Of a DNA stretch of 64,000 nt, positions 9,141 through 19,237 are shown in pieces (within the stretch, counting starts at the first letter, position 1; every line of letters begins with the position of its first letter). The stretch is from Rikenellaceae bacterium. GTDB lineage: Bacteria > Bacteroidota > Bacteroidia > Bacteroidales > Rikenellaceae. Location: contig JBCQVH010000005.1 of NCBI GenBank assembly GCA_047173185.1, forward strand, positions 49,567-113,566, in the 5' to 3' direction. The position numbers were made by a program, and so were the translations under genes. The notes below the pieces were generated by a model. The model was not told the DNA's origin, did no database searches, and was given only the letters and a program-made list of their open reading frames with translations.

Positions 9141-9324
9141 AACTGAGGAGTAGTAATGATAAGGTGTATATATACATAACAGTAAAAAAAATATTTATTT
9201 TTATTAACAAGTTATATTCAACGCAAATTCATATCTTTGTAAAGTTTCACGATTTATTTTATAGATAAAAGTCGTTGATTAACAATACAAGTAACATCAA
9301 GATTATTAAGTATATAAACATTGT

Positions 9325-10362
9325 ATGAGTAACAAAAAATATAAAGTAATAGACCTTTTTAGTGGATGTGGAGGAATGTCCTTAGGATTTGAGATGGCTG
9401 GTTTTCAACCAATATTGGCTATCGATGTTTGGAAGGATGCTCTTGCTACATACAAACATAATAACAGTGAGGTTGAGACTTTATGTGCAGATATATCAGA
9501 GTTAGATCCAAAGGATATAAAATCACAATATAACATATCGGACGTAGATGTTATCATTGGAGGTCCTCCTTGCCAAGGATTCTCTATTGCAGGAAAGCGA
9601 GTTATAGAGGATAAGCGTAATGAGCTATATAAGTCATTCGTTCGCTTTGTTGAGTGCTTTCAACCCAAAGCTTTTGTAATGGAGAATGTTCCAAACATTT
9701 TATCGATGGGTGGTGGTGTCGTTAAAGAGTCTATAATCAAAGATTTCGAGTCTTTGGGATATGGTGTCGTGTACAAGGTTCTTCTGGCAGCTGACTATGG
9801 TGTGCCACAGAATAGACGAAGAGCCGTGTTTGTTGGATTGAAAGATGGAGAGTATACTTTTCCTATGCCATCTGTTTCGACACCCGTTATATCGAAAGAT
9901 GCACTGTCCGACCTTCCCGAATACTCAATAGAGGATGGGGGAGCATATCCGATTTCTTCTCAAAGTGATTTTCAGAGTATGATTAGAAGGGGTAGCAAAG
10001 CAGTGTATAATCATCAAATTACCGTGCATAATGATAAGACGGTGGAGATTATATCGTTAGTTCCAGATGGTGGAAACTACAAAGACCTACCTTTAGAACT
10101 AAGAGAGACAAGAAAGGTGAATATTGCGTGGACTCGTCTAAATAGTAATAAACCAAGTTTTACTATTGACACAGGACACAGGCATCATTTCCACTATAAA
10201 TATAACAGAGTGCCAACAGCTAGAGAGTCTGCTCGCATACAATCGTTTCCTGATAATTTTATTTTTCAGTGTAGTAGAACAAGTCAATGTAAGCAGATTG
10301 GAAATGCTGTGCCACCATTGATGGCTAAGGCAGTTGCCGAAAGTTTGATTAAAAAGTTATAG
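9325..10362 (+). CDS. DNA (cytosine-5)-methyltransferase M1
   Basis: DLFSGCGG, GGPPCQGFS, ENV, PQNRRR and QIGNAVPP motifs. Confidence 0.95.
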   Translation: MSNKKYKVIDLFSGCGGMSLGFEMAGFQPILAIDVWKDALATYKHNNSEVETLCADISELDPKDIKSQYNISDVDVIIGGPPCQGFSIAGKRVIEDKRNELYKSFVRFVECFQPKAFVMENVPNILSMGGGVVKESIIKDFESLGYGVVYKVLLAADYGVPQNRRRAVFVGLKDGEYTFPMPSVSTPVISKDALSDLPEYSIEDGGAYPISSQSDFQSMIRRGSKAVYNHQITVHNDKTVEIISLVPDGGNYKDLPLELRETRKVNIAWTRLNSNKPSFTIDTGHRHHFHYKYNRVPTARESARIQSFPDNFIFQCSRTSQCKQIGNAVPPLMAKAVAESLIKKL

Positions 10363-10364
10363 CT

Positions 10365-11765
10365 ATGTATAAAATTCCAGATGAGTATTATTTTCGTATA
10401 CATCACGCACGCCCACGATTCAAAACACATATGGAGAGTGTGCTGTTGTATATGGCTAACGTATGCAATAGTATAGACACAGCTGCGATAGCTGATTATA
10501 ATGAGCAGTTATTTAATGCAATTCGTTTATTCCCAGGCAACGAACGAAGGGCTAATAAAACTATCAATAATTGGAGAACTGAGATTGCTGCATTATTTGG
10601 ATTTTACATTGAGGATAAGCAAAGTGACATAACTAAGACAGGTGCTATATCTTCATTGCTGAGTGAGAGTGAAGACTTGGTGCAGTTTTTCAAATATTTT
10701 TCTTTGAAATTCCAATATCCAGGAGGGCATATTAGATCAAAAGAGGTAAAAGAATATATAGATGCAGGAGTTAGGTTTAAGCCAGTACAATACATTCTGT
10801 CTGTACTACACCGAGCAGATGAAAAGCAGGGCAAACCATTAGGCATATCAAAAGCAGAAACAACGCATTGTATATTCAATGACTTACGAGTTACCAGAGA
10901 TCATCGAGATGTGGATGAGGTGATAGACTTAATAGTGACGAATAGATCTAATAAAGTAGATTACATATCAGAGGGTGACATTATAAGGTACGCTGGGGAT
11001 ATTCTTGACTATATGGTAATAGCAAACCTGCTGAAAGAGTCTCATGGATATTTTTATTTAAATCGACTTGAAAACGAAGCCATATTAGCCATCATCGACA
11101 ATAAAGAGTATTTTACGGACTATGACAAGTTTTACGGCAACAAGGTAATTGCATCGGAACTTACACCGCTTGAAGCTAATTGGTTTGAGTTTGTTAATTC
11201 CAATCTTGTATCATCTGTGTTTAGAACAGATTTGATGAAATACATCGGTGAAGAAGAATCTACGGAGGATAATTATAGGGTTCTTGTAGATGATAAAATT
11301 GCAGATGTATTAGAATCTTCAAAAACAAAAGATATTGGGGATCTCGGCGAGAGCCTTATTATTGGACACGAAAAGGTTAGGGTAACGAATGTAGGCAGAG
11401 CAGATCTTTTGCATTTGATAAAAAAGATTCCAACAAGTTTAGCTGTGGGTTATGATATTCAAAGTGTAGAGGAAGATGCACGCAAGAGATATATTGAGGT
11501 TAAAACGACAATTAGCAGTAAACCTCTAACATTTTACTCTTTTCATATGACTCCAAATGAGTGGGATACTGCATCGTCTCTATCCGATAGATACTTTGTG
11601 TATCGACTAATGATTAGTAAGAGTAACAAAACAATATTTATATTACAAGACCCAGTAGGTCTTTATAGAAAAGAGATGATTAATATGACTCCAAGAAATG
11701 GAGCAGAAGTAAGTTTTAAAGATAGTGTATGCGAGAAAACAGAGTTGATGATATGGCAAAATTAA
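10365..11765 (+). CDS. Restriction endonuclease with C-terminal DUF3883-like PD-(D/E)xK domain
   Basis: GDLGE...GYDIQS...YIEVKTT motif; tightly packed between two C5 MTases. Confidence 0.8.
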   Translation: MYKIPDEYYFRIHHARPRFKTHMESVLLYMANVCNSIDTAAIADYNEQLFNAIRLFPGNERRANKTINNWRTEIAALFGFYIEDKQSDITKTGAISSLLSESEDLVQFFKYFSLKFQYPGGHIRSKEVKEYIDAGVRFKPVQYILSVLHRADEKQGKPLGISKAETTHCIFNDLRVTRDHRDVDEVIDLIVTNRSNKVDYISEGDIIRYAGDILDYMVIANLLKESHGYFYLNRLENEAILAIIDNKEYFTDYDKFYGNKVIASELTPLEANWFEFVNSNLVSSVFRTDLMKYIGEEESTEDNYRVLVDDKIADVLESSKTKDIGDLGESLIIGHEKVRVTNVGRADLLHLIKKIPTSLAVGYDIQSVEEDARKRYIEVKTTISSKPLTFYSFHMTPNEWDTASSLSDRYFVYRLMISKSNKTIFILQDPVGLYRKEMINMTPRNGAEVSFKDSVCEKTELMIWQN

Positions 11766-12721
11766 AAGTAGCGTCTTTATTTTGTGGGTGTGGAGGTTTA
11801 GATTTGGGTTTACTCGGAGGATTTGACTATCTTAACAAGAAATATAAATCATTGCCACTTGAAATTGTGTATGCAATCGACAATGATAACTATTGTACAG
11901 AGATATATAATGATAATTTTAAGCACAAGTGTGTGGTCGGTGATGTTAAGAGTATTGATATTGCTGGGCTTCCCACATTTGATATTCTCGTAGGTGGGTT
12001 CCCTTGTCAATCTTTCTCTATATCTGCGCAAAATCCACCAAGGCTAGGATATAAAGATGAAAAAGGGATGCTCTTCTTTGAGATGGTAAAGATTATCAAA
12101 GAAAAAAAACCTCGATTTTTTATCGCAGAAAATGTGAAAGGTATTTTGTCTGCGAACAAAAAGAAAGCATTCCCTATGATTATAAATGAGTTTGAAGCTG
12201 CCGGATATAAGGTTAAATACAAGTTGCTAAATGCTTCTGATTATGGAGTACCTCAGAAAAGGGAGAGGGTCATTATCGTTGGTTTTAGAGATGACGTAGA
12301 TTACAAAAATTTTGAGTTTCCATCACCAACAACAATCGACAATAAGGTTGCTTTAAAGGAGGTTTTAGATCACAGTGCTAATGATGATGGCAAGTGGTAT
12401 TTTAGCGATAAGGCGGTAGCTGGGATGATGGCAGTGCGTGAGAAAATGAACAAGGGAAGAGCGCAAAATATTGAAGAGCCGTGCAATACCATAAGCTCTC
12501 ATTTGGCAAAAGTGAGTCTAAACTCTACAGATCCTGTATTAATGATAGATGGTAGATATAGAAGATTCACCCCAATGGAGTGTGCGAGAATACAGTCTTT
12601 CCCAGAATCATTTAAGCTAACGGCTGTATCGGATTGCAGGCAATATAAAGCTATTGGCAACGCAGTGCCACCTGTGCTTATGTGGTATGTCGCTAAGGCA
12701 TTGCGAAAAATATCAGAATAG
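11753..12721 (+). CDS. DNA (cytosine-5)-methyltransferase M2
   Basis: SLFCGCGG, GGFPCQSFS, ENV, PQKRER and AIGNAVPP motifs; ATG at 11753. Confidence 0.95.
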   Translation: MAKLKVASLFCGCGGLDLGLLGGFDYLNKKYKSLPLEIVYAIDNDNYCTEIYNDNFKHKCVVGDVKSIDIAGLPTFDILVGGFPCQSFSISAQNPPRLGYKDEKGMLFFEMVKIIKEKKPRFFIAENVKGILSANKKKAFPMIINEFEAAGYKVKYKLLNASDYGVPQKRERVIIVGFRDDVDYKNFEFPSPTTIDNKVALKEVLDHSANDDGKWYFSDKAVAGMMAVREKMNKGRAQNIEEPCNTISSHLAKVSLNSTDPVLMIDGRYRRFTPMECARIQSFPESFKLTAVSDCRQYKAIGNAVPPVLMWYVAKALRKISE

Positions 12722-12805
12722 GAATTATATTACACCTAAGAAATATGTGATTTAATTATTCAAAAGTGCGATCATAATAAAACCTGTTAGTAATAATAGC
12801 AAATC

Positions 12806-13047
12806 CGTCAGTAAAAGCGTCAGTAATCTGAAAAACGGCTGTCTTTTATAGGGTGATATTTGTAAGGTTATCCCAACAATATGTTGCACACAATTTGCAC
12901 GCATTTACGATAGGAGAATGAAATATTTCTAAAACAATCCTAAAACAGATAGAGACAAATATAGCTATATAGAGCGTGTAGAGGCGGTTTTGAGGCTATA
13001 TATTGTTTCATCCATATTACGGCAAAACGTCAGTAATCCGTCAGTAA
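12806..13047 (+). repeat. Four CGTCAGTAA direct repeats in two pairs; probable tyrosine-integrase arm-type sites
   Basis: Copies at 12806, 12818, 13028 and 13039, adjacent to the tRNA 3' end. Confidence 0.65.
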
Positions 13048-13052
13048 AACAA

Positions 13053-13092
13053 AAAATCAGCGAGCAGATTAAACATCTAACTCGCTGATTTT
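13053..13092 (-). terminator. Hairpin/terminator after tRNA-Pro
   Basis: AAAATCAGCGAG...CTCGCTGATTTT inverted repeat, followed by a U-run on the minus strand. Confidence 0.7.
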
Positions 13093-13098
13093 CAGTAG

Positions 13099-13173
13099 TC
13101 GGGGTGACAAGATTCGAACTTGCGACCACACGCCCCCCAGACGTGTACTCTAACCGGGCTGAGCTACACCCCG
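13099..13173 (-). tRNA. tRNA-Pro (GGG)
   Basis: Cloverleaf CGGGGTG...CACCCCGA, anticodon arm CACGT-CTGGGGG-GCGTG, GTTCGAAT T-loop. Confidence 0.97.
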
Positions 13174-13247
13174 TAGCTCCTCTGTTACGATATCGTAACT
13201 TTCGGGAGAACAAAGATATGTTTTATTTTCGAATTTTCCAAGAGATA

Positions 13248-13311
13248 TTACTCCGCAAGCCGAAAATATCAATCCCTTGAACAGCATTTTTTACTCCGCA
13301 AGCCAAAAATA
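13248..13311 (+). repeat. 21-bp direct repeat TTACTCCGCAAGCC(G/A)AAAATA x2
   Basis: Copies at 13248-13268 and 13291-13311; the second runs into the MITE-like element. Confidence 0.7.
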
Positions 13312-13477
13312 AGTAGGGTAAAATCATTATTGGTGTGTTTTTAAGAGAACTATTGTAGATGATATTTTTTGCTATTGAATTGAAAATATAGTGGTTCTAC
13401 ATTGAGATTTAATAGTTAAAAATATCGCTTCAAGAGTACTTTTAAAAATATGGCAATAATTGTTTTACACTACTTAT
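13310..13477. mobile_element. 168-bp palindromic MITE-like element, copy 2
   Basis: About 94% identical to 896-1063, in the same orientation; abuts the galM stop codon. Confidence 0.8.
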
Positions 13478-14511
13478 TAACCCTCCGAAACACCAAAACG
13501 ATAGGTGCTCTTTTGGCAATACAACTCTCCAGCCGCCAATTCGGGCGTTGGGAAACTCTGCGGGATCAGCGCAACTCCTTGATAAGCAACAAACTTAGAT
13601 CCGCTCTTGGTGCCTGCGGGTGACCCTGCCGCCAAGTGGTTGCCCGTGTAGATGCCTAACGCAGACTGCGACGACGAAATCGTTACATAACGTCCGCTCT
13701 TGGGGTTGCACAGTGTCGCCTGTTCACTCAAAATTGTCGCCTCATGACAATCTATTGGCAGGATATGGTCGTAACCCCTGAGGTAGAACATCTCGTTGAA
13801 CTCCGATTTGATATCCGACCCGATAGTTCGTCCCCCACGAAAATCCATCGGTGAGCCATCGACACTTAACATCGCCCCCGTTGTCACACCGTAGCTATCC
13901 ACCTCGCACACCTGCGAGGCGTTAACCCTCAACTTGTGGTCGAGGATGGTTGAGCCCATATCGCCCGAAAGGTTGAAGTACAAGCTAGAGCCGATATTTA
14001 CCAATGTCTGTGCGTCGCTCTTTGCCAAGTAGGTGATCTCCAGCGTCATATCATCATCGAAGTCGAAGATCGCCTCAATGTTCATATTGCCTGGATATCC
14101 CGACTCTCCATCATCCGCATAGAGCGACATCACCACACGGTTGGTCTCCACACGACTCTCCCACATACGTTTGTGAAAACCGTGCGCGCCACCATGTACG
14201 TGGTTGCTCCCTGCATTGATATCCAACAGATGCTCAACCCCTCCGATGGTCACCTCGCCCGAGGCGATACGTCCCACAGTGCGTCCCAACGTGCGACCCA
14301 TATAGGCGGTATCTCTGAGCATATTGGGCATATCCGCATATCCCAACAGCACATCCTCAATCCTCCCCTCACCATTGGGAATCTGAATCGATGTAACCGA
14401 AGCACCTAGGTTGGTAACCTGCACCTCAGCACCATTATCAGCGCGAAGGGTGTAGACGATTACCGCCTCACCCTCCTCGCTCATTCCATATATATATTGT
14501 TCTATATCCAT
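13477..14511 (-). CDS. galM: Aldose 1-epimerase (galactose mutarotase)
   Basis: NHVHGG, GYPGN, YFNLSG, GYDH and IYTGN motifs. Confidence 0.85.
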   Translation of the reverse strand: MDIEQYIYGMSEEGEAVIVYTLRADNGAEVQVTNLGASVTSIQIPNGEGRIEDVLLGYADMPNMLRDTAYMGRTLGRTVGRIASGEVTIGGVEHLLDINAGSNHVHGGAHGFHKRMWESRVETNRVVMSLYADDGESGYPGNMNIEAIFDFDDDMTLEITYLAKSDAQTLVNIGSSLYFNLSGDMGSTILDHKLRVNASQVCEVDSYGVTTGAMLSVDGSPMDFRGGRTIGSDIKSEFNEMFYLRGYDHILPIDCHEATILSEQATLCNPKSGRYVTISSSQSALGIYTGNHLAAGSPAGTKSGSKFVAYQGVALIPQSFPTPELAAGELYCQKSTYRFGVSEG

Positions 14512-14523
14512 ACTTAGACCTCT

Positions 14524-16059
14524 CTACGCCTCGGGAAGTGGCAACACCTCCAAGACTCTGTCGATACGTTTGAGACACTCCTCACGTCCGATGAATGCCG
14601 TGACATCATACATGCCTGGACCTTTACCTGCGCCAACCAACGCCAGACGCAACGTATTCATAACCTGTCCCATGCCATATCCCTTCTCCGTGATCCACGC
14701 GTGAACTATCGCCTCGGTATTCTCCAACGAGAAGTCATCTATTGCCGCCAAGATCTCGCGCACCTCAGCCAAGATACGAGGGTTGTCACCCTTCCAATAC
14801 TTCTTGGTCTGCTTGGCGTCATACTCCTCGGGAGCTACGAAGAAGTAAGAGGTCAAATCCCACATCTCGCTCATGAATGTTGCCCTCTCGCGCATAATCC
14901 ACGCCGCCTTGCCTGCCAACTCATCCGACACCTCAACACCGTGCTCCTTCAGGATGGGCTGATACAGAGGAGCTAGCTCCTCAGCACTCTTAGAGTGCAT
15001 ATATTGGGCATTGAACCACTTAGCTTTGTCGGGTTGAAAACGCGCTCCTGCCTTGGATACTCTCTCTAGCGAGAACGCCTCAATGAGCTGATCCATCGAG
15101 AAGATCTCCTGCTCCGTGCCAGGATTCCAACCCAGGAGTGCCAACATATTGATAAACGCCTCAGCGAAGTATCCATCCTCACGATATCCGCGCGACACCT
15201 CGCCCGAGGGTGCGTTCCACAACAGCGGAAAGACTGGGAATCCCAACTTATCGCCATCTCGCTTAGAGAGCTTACCGCCTCCCGTAGGTTTCAACAGCAG
15301 TGGCAAGTGGGCAAACTGCGGCTGCTCCGCTGTCCATCCAAATGCGCGATACAACAGGTAGTGCAATGGCAACGATGGCAACCACTCCTCGCCACGAATA
15401 ACGTGCGAGATCTCCATCAGGCGGTCATCAACAACATTTGCAAGGTGGTAGGTAGGCAACTTATCCGCCGACTTATATAGCACCTTGTCGTCAAGCGTAG
15501 AGGTGTTTACCGCCACGTGACCACGGATAAGGTCATCCATCTCGACAACCTCGCCCTCGGGCATCTTGAAACGGATAACCCACTGATCCCCACGCTCAAT
15601 GCGCGCCTTGGTCTCCTCCTCAGTGAGGCTGAGCGACGTAGGCAACTGCGTGCGAACCTCGTAGTTGTAGGCAAAGGCAGCACCTGCATCCTCCGCCTCC
15701 TTGCGCTTGGCGTCCAGCTCTTCAGCGGTATCGAAGGCGTAGTATGCCCAACCAGCCTCAATAAGCTGTAACGCATATTGAAGATAGATCTCCCTGCGCT
15801 CGCTCTGGCGATATGGCGTGTGAGGACCTCCCACGCTGACACCCTCGTCAATGGTGATTCCGCACCACTTAAGCGACTCGATGATATACTCCTCGGCACC
15901 CTCAACAAAACGCTGCGAGTCGGTATCCTCAATGCGGAGGATCATCTCACCACCTAAGCTGCGCGCAAAGAGGTAGTTATACAATGCAGTGCGCACACCG
16001 CCAATATGTAGTGCCCCCGTAGGGCTTGGTGCAAAACGCACACGAACTTTTCTACTCAT
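14524..16059 (-). CDS. gltX: Glutamate--tRNA ligase
   Basis: [13 protein letters not shown] and KLSKR motifs. Confidence 0.97.
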   Translation of the reverse strand: MSRKVRVRFAPSPTGALHIGGVRTALYNYLFARSLGGEMILRIEDTDSQRFVEGAEEYIIESLKWCGITIDEGVSVGGPHTPYRQSERREIYLQYALQLIEAGWAYYAFDTAEELDAKRKEAEDAGAAFAYNYEVRTQLPTSLSLTEEETKARIERGDQWVIRFKMPEGEVVEMDDLIRGHVAVNTSTLDDKVLYKSADKLPTYHLANVVDDRLMEISHVIRGEEWLPSLPLHYLLYRAFGWTAEQPQFAHLPLLLKPTGGGKLSKRDGDKLGFPVFPLLWNAPSGEVSRGYREDGYFAEAFINMLALLGWNPGTEQEIFSMDQLIEAFSLERVSKAGARFQPDKAKWFNAQYMHSKSAEELAPLYQPILKEHGVEVSDELAGKAAWIMRERATFMSEMWDLTSYFFVAPEEYDAKQTKKYWKGDNPRILAEVREILAAIDDFSLENTEAIVHAWITEKGYGMGQVMNTLRLALVGAGKGPGMYDVTAFIGREECLKRIDRVLEVLPLPEA

Positions 16060-16076
16060 AATAATATAAGCTCTAT

Positions 16077-16631
16077 TTATTTTTTCTTAGCCTTTATGGT
16101 GTGCTTAAATTTCAACACCGCGAAATTAAGCTCTATTGAGGTCTCCGTATCAGTAGCCTCCATGTCATCACCTAAGATATCCGCAATAATATCACCACTC
16201 TTCTGCATCAAACTCTTTTGCGAATAGTCATCGGCTTTATTAGAGAGTTCGGCAACGGTACGAGAAAGTTCTCTGATCTTAGCAAAGGTCTCGACTATAG
16301 CGATGGTGGTTTGGGTAGCCTTAGGACTTCTTAGAACTGTCGCCAACATATACAAACCTTTCTCAGTGAAGGCTTTATACTCATACTTGGAGTATTTGCC
16401 TCGTCCAGATTCTAAGGTCGAAAATTTCGACCTTAGAGAACTTGACTCGCTATCCGTCAACTCCAAGATATACCCCTCGGGGAATTTATCAGCATTGTTC
16501 TTTACAGCCTCGTTGATACGCTTTGTCTCAACACCATATAGTACAGCGACATCCCTATCAAGAATAACCTCTACGTCTCTGATAATAATAATATTATCCT
16601 TTACAGAGTTGAATTTTACAATATCTTCCAT
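16077..16631 (-). CDS. ORF6N domain DNA-binding protein
   Basis: [29 protein letters not shown] and [14 protein letters not shown] motifs. Confidence 0.9.
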   Translation of the reverse strand: MEDIVKFNSVKDNIIIIRDVEVILDRDVAVLYGVETKRINEAVKNNADKFPEGYILELTDSESSSLRSKFSTLESGRGKYSKYEYKAFTEKGLYMLATVLRSPKATQTTIAIVETFAKIRELSRTVAELSNKADDYSQKSLMQKSGDIIADILGDDMEATDTETSIELNFAVLKFKHTIKAKKK

Positions 16632-16660
16632 AATCTTATACCTCCTTTTGAAGGGTGTTG

Positions 16661-17758
16661 TTAAACATTAAACAAGAAGTGCATAATATCGCCATCCTGA
16701 ACAACATACTCCTTACCTTCGACACCGATTTTACCTGCATCACGGCAAGCCTTCTCAGATCCCAACTCCATATAGTCGGTGTACTTGATAACCTCCGCAC
16801 GGATGAATCCCCTCTCGAAATCGGTGTGGATGACTCCTGCCGCCTGAGGAGCCTTCATACCCTTGGTGTATGTCCAAGCGTGGGTCTCCTGCACTCCTGT
16901 TGTGAAGTATGTCTCCAACTCCAACAACTTGTATGCCGCCTTGATAAGTCGCGCAACACCCGACTCCTCAAGACCCAAATCCTCCAAGAACATCTGTCTC
17001 TCCTCGTGAGTCTCCAACTCAGCGATATCCGCCTCCGTAGCTGTCGCAACGATCAACATCTCAGCATTCTCATCCGCAATAGCCTCACGAACCGCCTCCG
17101 TGTGGGCATTGCCCGAAGCTGCGCTTGCCTCGTCAACGTTACATAGATAAAGTACTGGCTTTGCAGTGAGGAGGTTCAGATCGGCAACAACCTTCAAATC
17201 CTCCTTGTCAAGCTCTACGGTGCGCGCGCTCTTGCCCTGCAACAAAGCCTCCTTGTACTGCGTCAAGATGTCGAAAAGACGCTTTGCCGCCTTGTCGCCA
17301 CCAGCCGCCTGCTTCTGGCACTTGCTCATGCGGCTCTCCACCGACTCTAAATCCTTGAGCTGTAACTCCGTGTCGATAACACCCTTGTCGCGCACTGGAT
17401 CTACCGAGCCATCCACGTGGGTGATGTTGCCATTCTCAAAACATCTGAGTACGTGAATGATGGCGTTTGTGTTGCGGATATTGCCGAGGAACTTATTACC
17501 AAGACCCTCACCCTTCGATGCACCCTTCACAAGACCTGCGATATCGACAATCTCGATAGTTGTAGGGATGATCTTCTTGGGATTGTCGATCTTGGCGAGG
17601 TTCACCAATCGCTCATCAGGAACGGTGATGACACCCACGTTGGGTTCGATTGTACAGAAAGGGAAGTTTGCAGCCTGCGCCTTAGCGTTTGAGAGGCAGT
17701 TGAAGAGTGTAGATTTTCCGACATTTGGGAGACCTACGATACCACATTGAAGAGCCAT
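16661..17758 (-). CDS. ychF: Redox-regulated ATPase YchF
   Basis: [25 protein letters not shown] and [10 protein letters not shown] motifs; C-terminal TGS domain. Confidence 0.97.
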   Translation of the reverse strand: MALQCGIVGLPNVGKSTLFNCLSNAKAQAANFPFCTIEPNVGVITVPDERLVNLAKIDNPKKIIPTTIEIVDIAGLVKGASKGEGLGNKFLGNIRNTNAIIHVLRCFENGNITHVDGSVDPVRDKGVIDTELQLKDLESVESRMSKCQKQAAGGDKAAKRLFDILTQYKEALLQGKSARTVELDKEDLKVVADLNLLTAKPVLYLCNVDEASAASGNAHTEAVREAIADENAEMLIVATATEADIAELETHEERQMFLEDLGLEESGVARLIKAAYKLLELETYFTTGVQETHAWTYTKGMKAPQAAGVIHTDFERGFIRAEVIKYTDYMELGSEKACRDAGKIGVEGKEYVVQDGDIMHFLFNV

Positions 17759-18064
17759 ATACCTATATTTATATTTTAATTATTATTTTTTCAGAGTAAA
17801 TTAGGCGCAAAGATAACCAATCTTTTGTAGATAGTCAGCACTTTTGGTCAAAATCTTCCGGGCAAACGCATGAAAAAATATTTCGTCTGCATTATATCAC
17901 AATGACACGCGGACAAAGAGACGAGATTGTGAGCAAAAAAATGCACTTATTGGTTGTGGTTGTAAAACTCTGCAAATCACCAAAATACCAGTGTGTGGTT
18001 GCGTTTGGAGTAATTTTATTACAAAAATAACTTCAAAAAAATTTGGAGTATAAAGAATTTTGTC

Positions 18065-18072
18065 TACCTTTG
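18065..18072 (+). promoter_or_regulatory. Bacteroidota -7 promoter element for tRNA-Lys
   Basis: TAccTTTG ends 11 nt upstream of the tRNA. Confidence 0.7.
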
Positions 18073-18083
18073 CAAACGCAAAC

Positions 18084-18156
18084 GCCTCTTTAGCTCAGTT
18101 GGTAGAGCACGACACTCTTAATGTTGGGGTCCACGGTTCGAGCCCGTGAGGGGGTA
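18084..18156 (+). tRNA. tRNA-Lys (CTT)
   Basis: GCCTCTT...GGGGGTA acceptor stem, anticodon arm CGACA-CTCTTAA-TGTTG. Confidence 0.96.
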
Positions 18157-18162
18157 CTTTCG

Positions 18163-18204
18163 AAGAGTTAACAATCTATTTATTTAGTTGTTAACTCTTT
18201 TTTT
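18163..18204 (+). terminator. Intrinsic terminator after tRNA-Lys
   Basis: AAGAGTTAACAA...TTGTTAACTCTT followed by a T-run. Confidence 0.8.
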
Positions 18205-18233
18205 GTGCCTAAACTGATGGGTGGGGTAGCGAC

Positions 18234-18281
18234 AAAAAGATGTAGTGCCGCTGGAGCCTCATCCTACTCCAACGGCACTAC
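18234..18281 (-). terminator. Intrinsic terminator of the ECF operon
   Basis: GTAGTGCCG.TGGAG...CTCCA.CGGCACTAC stem followed by a U-run on the minus strand. Confidence 0.7.
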
Positions 18282-18315
18282 GGGTATACTAACCATCAAC
18301 CCTTGTTAAATGCTG

Positions 18316-18852
18316 TTACTGTGGCTGTTGTGGGCGTCCTCCGCCTTGACCACCTTGTCCGCCTTGTGGGCGACCTCCTTGACCTTTGCTACCCTGTCGT
18401 GACGCAACACGCTCACGAGCCAATCTCTCGATCTGGTACATCTTCATGATTTGTTGAGGTGTCAAGATCGCCTTGAACTTCGTGTAGTACTTCTTTTTGA
18501 GTGCTGTCGACTTCTCTGCCATCTCGAATGATTTGAGAATCTGAGCCTCGATCTCTGCATCTGTTGGTGCGGCCTTTTCGCGCTTAGCTACATTTTGACC
18601 TTTGCCACCCTTTTCGCCCTCTTTGCGAGGCTCACGAAGCTTCTCCAACTCTTGGGTGTACTCGGTGTAGATCTTAGCGAAATCGTCCCTCTTAGACTCC
18701 TCGATGAGTAGCTCTTTGGTCATCATCTGGATCTGGAACTTCTGGAAATCCTCCTTCGAACGCTGTGGGCGTTGCTGCTGTTGCTGAGCCTGCAAAGTGA
18801 AGCTCGAAAGGATAAAAGCAGCTGCGATAAACGCTAACTTGAAATTTTTCAT
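18316..18852 (-). CDS. Secreted Spy/CpxP-like helical periplasmic protein
   Basis: Signal peptide MKNFKL..., KAILTPQQ motif, third gene of an ECF operon. Confidence 0.7.
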   Translation of the reverse strand: MKNFKLAFIAAAFILSSFTLQAQQQQQRPQRSKEDFQKFQIQMMTKELLIEESKRDDFAKIYTEYTQELEKLREPRKEGEKGGKGQNVAKREKAAPTDAEIEAQILKSFEMAEKSTALKKKYYTKFKAILTPQQIMKMYQIERLARERVASRQGSKGQGGRPQGGQGGQGGGRPQQPQ

Positions 18853-18865
18853 AGTTGTAAATGTA

Positions 18866-19237
18866 TTAAGGTAATAATGAATAAAATGTCTCCTGTCCGC
18901 TGGTCTCGGCTGCGAGAGATTGAATCTCAGCCTCACACATATTGTCGAGATATGAATCTATACTCTCGCTCAAAGTCTCCATTGCGAGGTAATCCAACTT
19001 GGGTTCGAGAGTTTGTGGCGTCTCGTTAAACACCACGAAAACTCCAATGAGCAGGGTTGCCGCCACCGCCACCGTTGCCATCAAAACCCTGAGGTTTATG
19101 AGCTTAGCTGGTTTCGCAGGCTTACTATCTTGTTTCACCTCGTTGAGGATCTTAGCCTCGAAGTTTGCGAAAAAATCATCCGAAGGCTCACGATATGGCA
19201 TCTTCTTTCCTATGTCGTCTATCTTAAAATCTTTCAT
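18866..19237 (-). CDS. Putative single-TM anti-sigma factor
   Basis: MPY..P.DFF motif plus one TM helix; overlaps the sigma factor stop. Confidence 0.7.
   Translation of the reverse strand: MKDFKIDDIGKKMPYREPSDDFFANFEAKILNEVKQDSKPAKPAKLINLRVLMATVAVAATLLIGVFVVFNETPQTLEPKLDYLAMETLSESIDSYLDNMCEAEIQSLAAETSGQETFYSLLP

Larger units (their letters stand above)
1..13098. mobile_element. Integrative element (NBU/mobilizable-transposon or satellite-like) at the 3' end of tRNA-Pro; left end and integrase lie outside the window
   Basis: Xis-like HTH, primase-associated NTPase, Toprim primase, mob remnant, AT-rich defence cargo and paired CGTCAGTAA repeats abutting the tRNA 3' end. Core genes resume beyond the tRNA. 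Confidence 0.85.

Noticed and set aside
12965-13213. 82-aa ORF
   Set aside because: It overlaps tRNA-Pro and the att region.
896-13477. The 168-bp direct repeats as attL/attR of the island
   Set aside because: They have their own terminal IRs and TA ends. One interrupts a cargo gene end and the other lies beyond the tRNA 5' side. The real junction is the tRNA 3' end.
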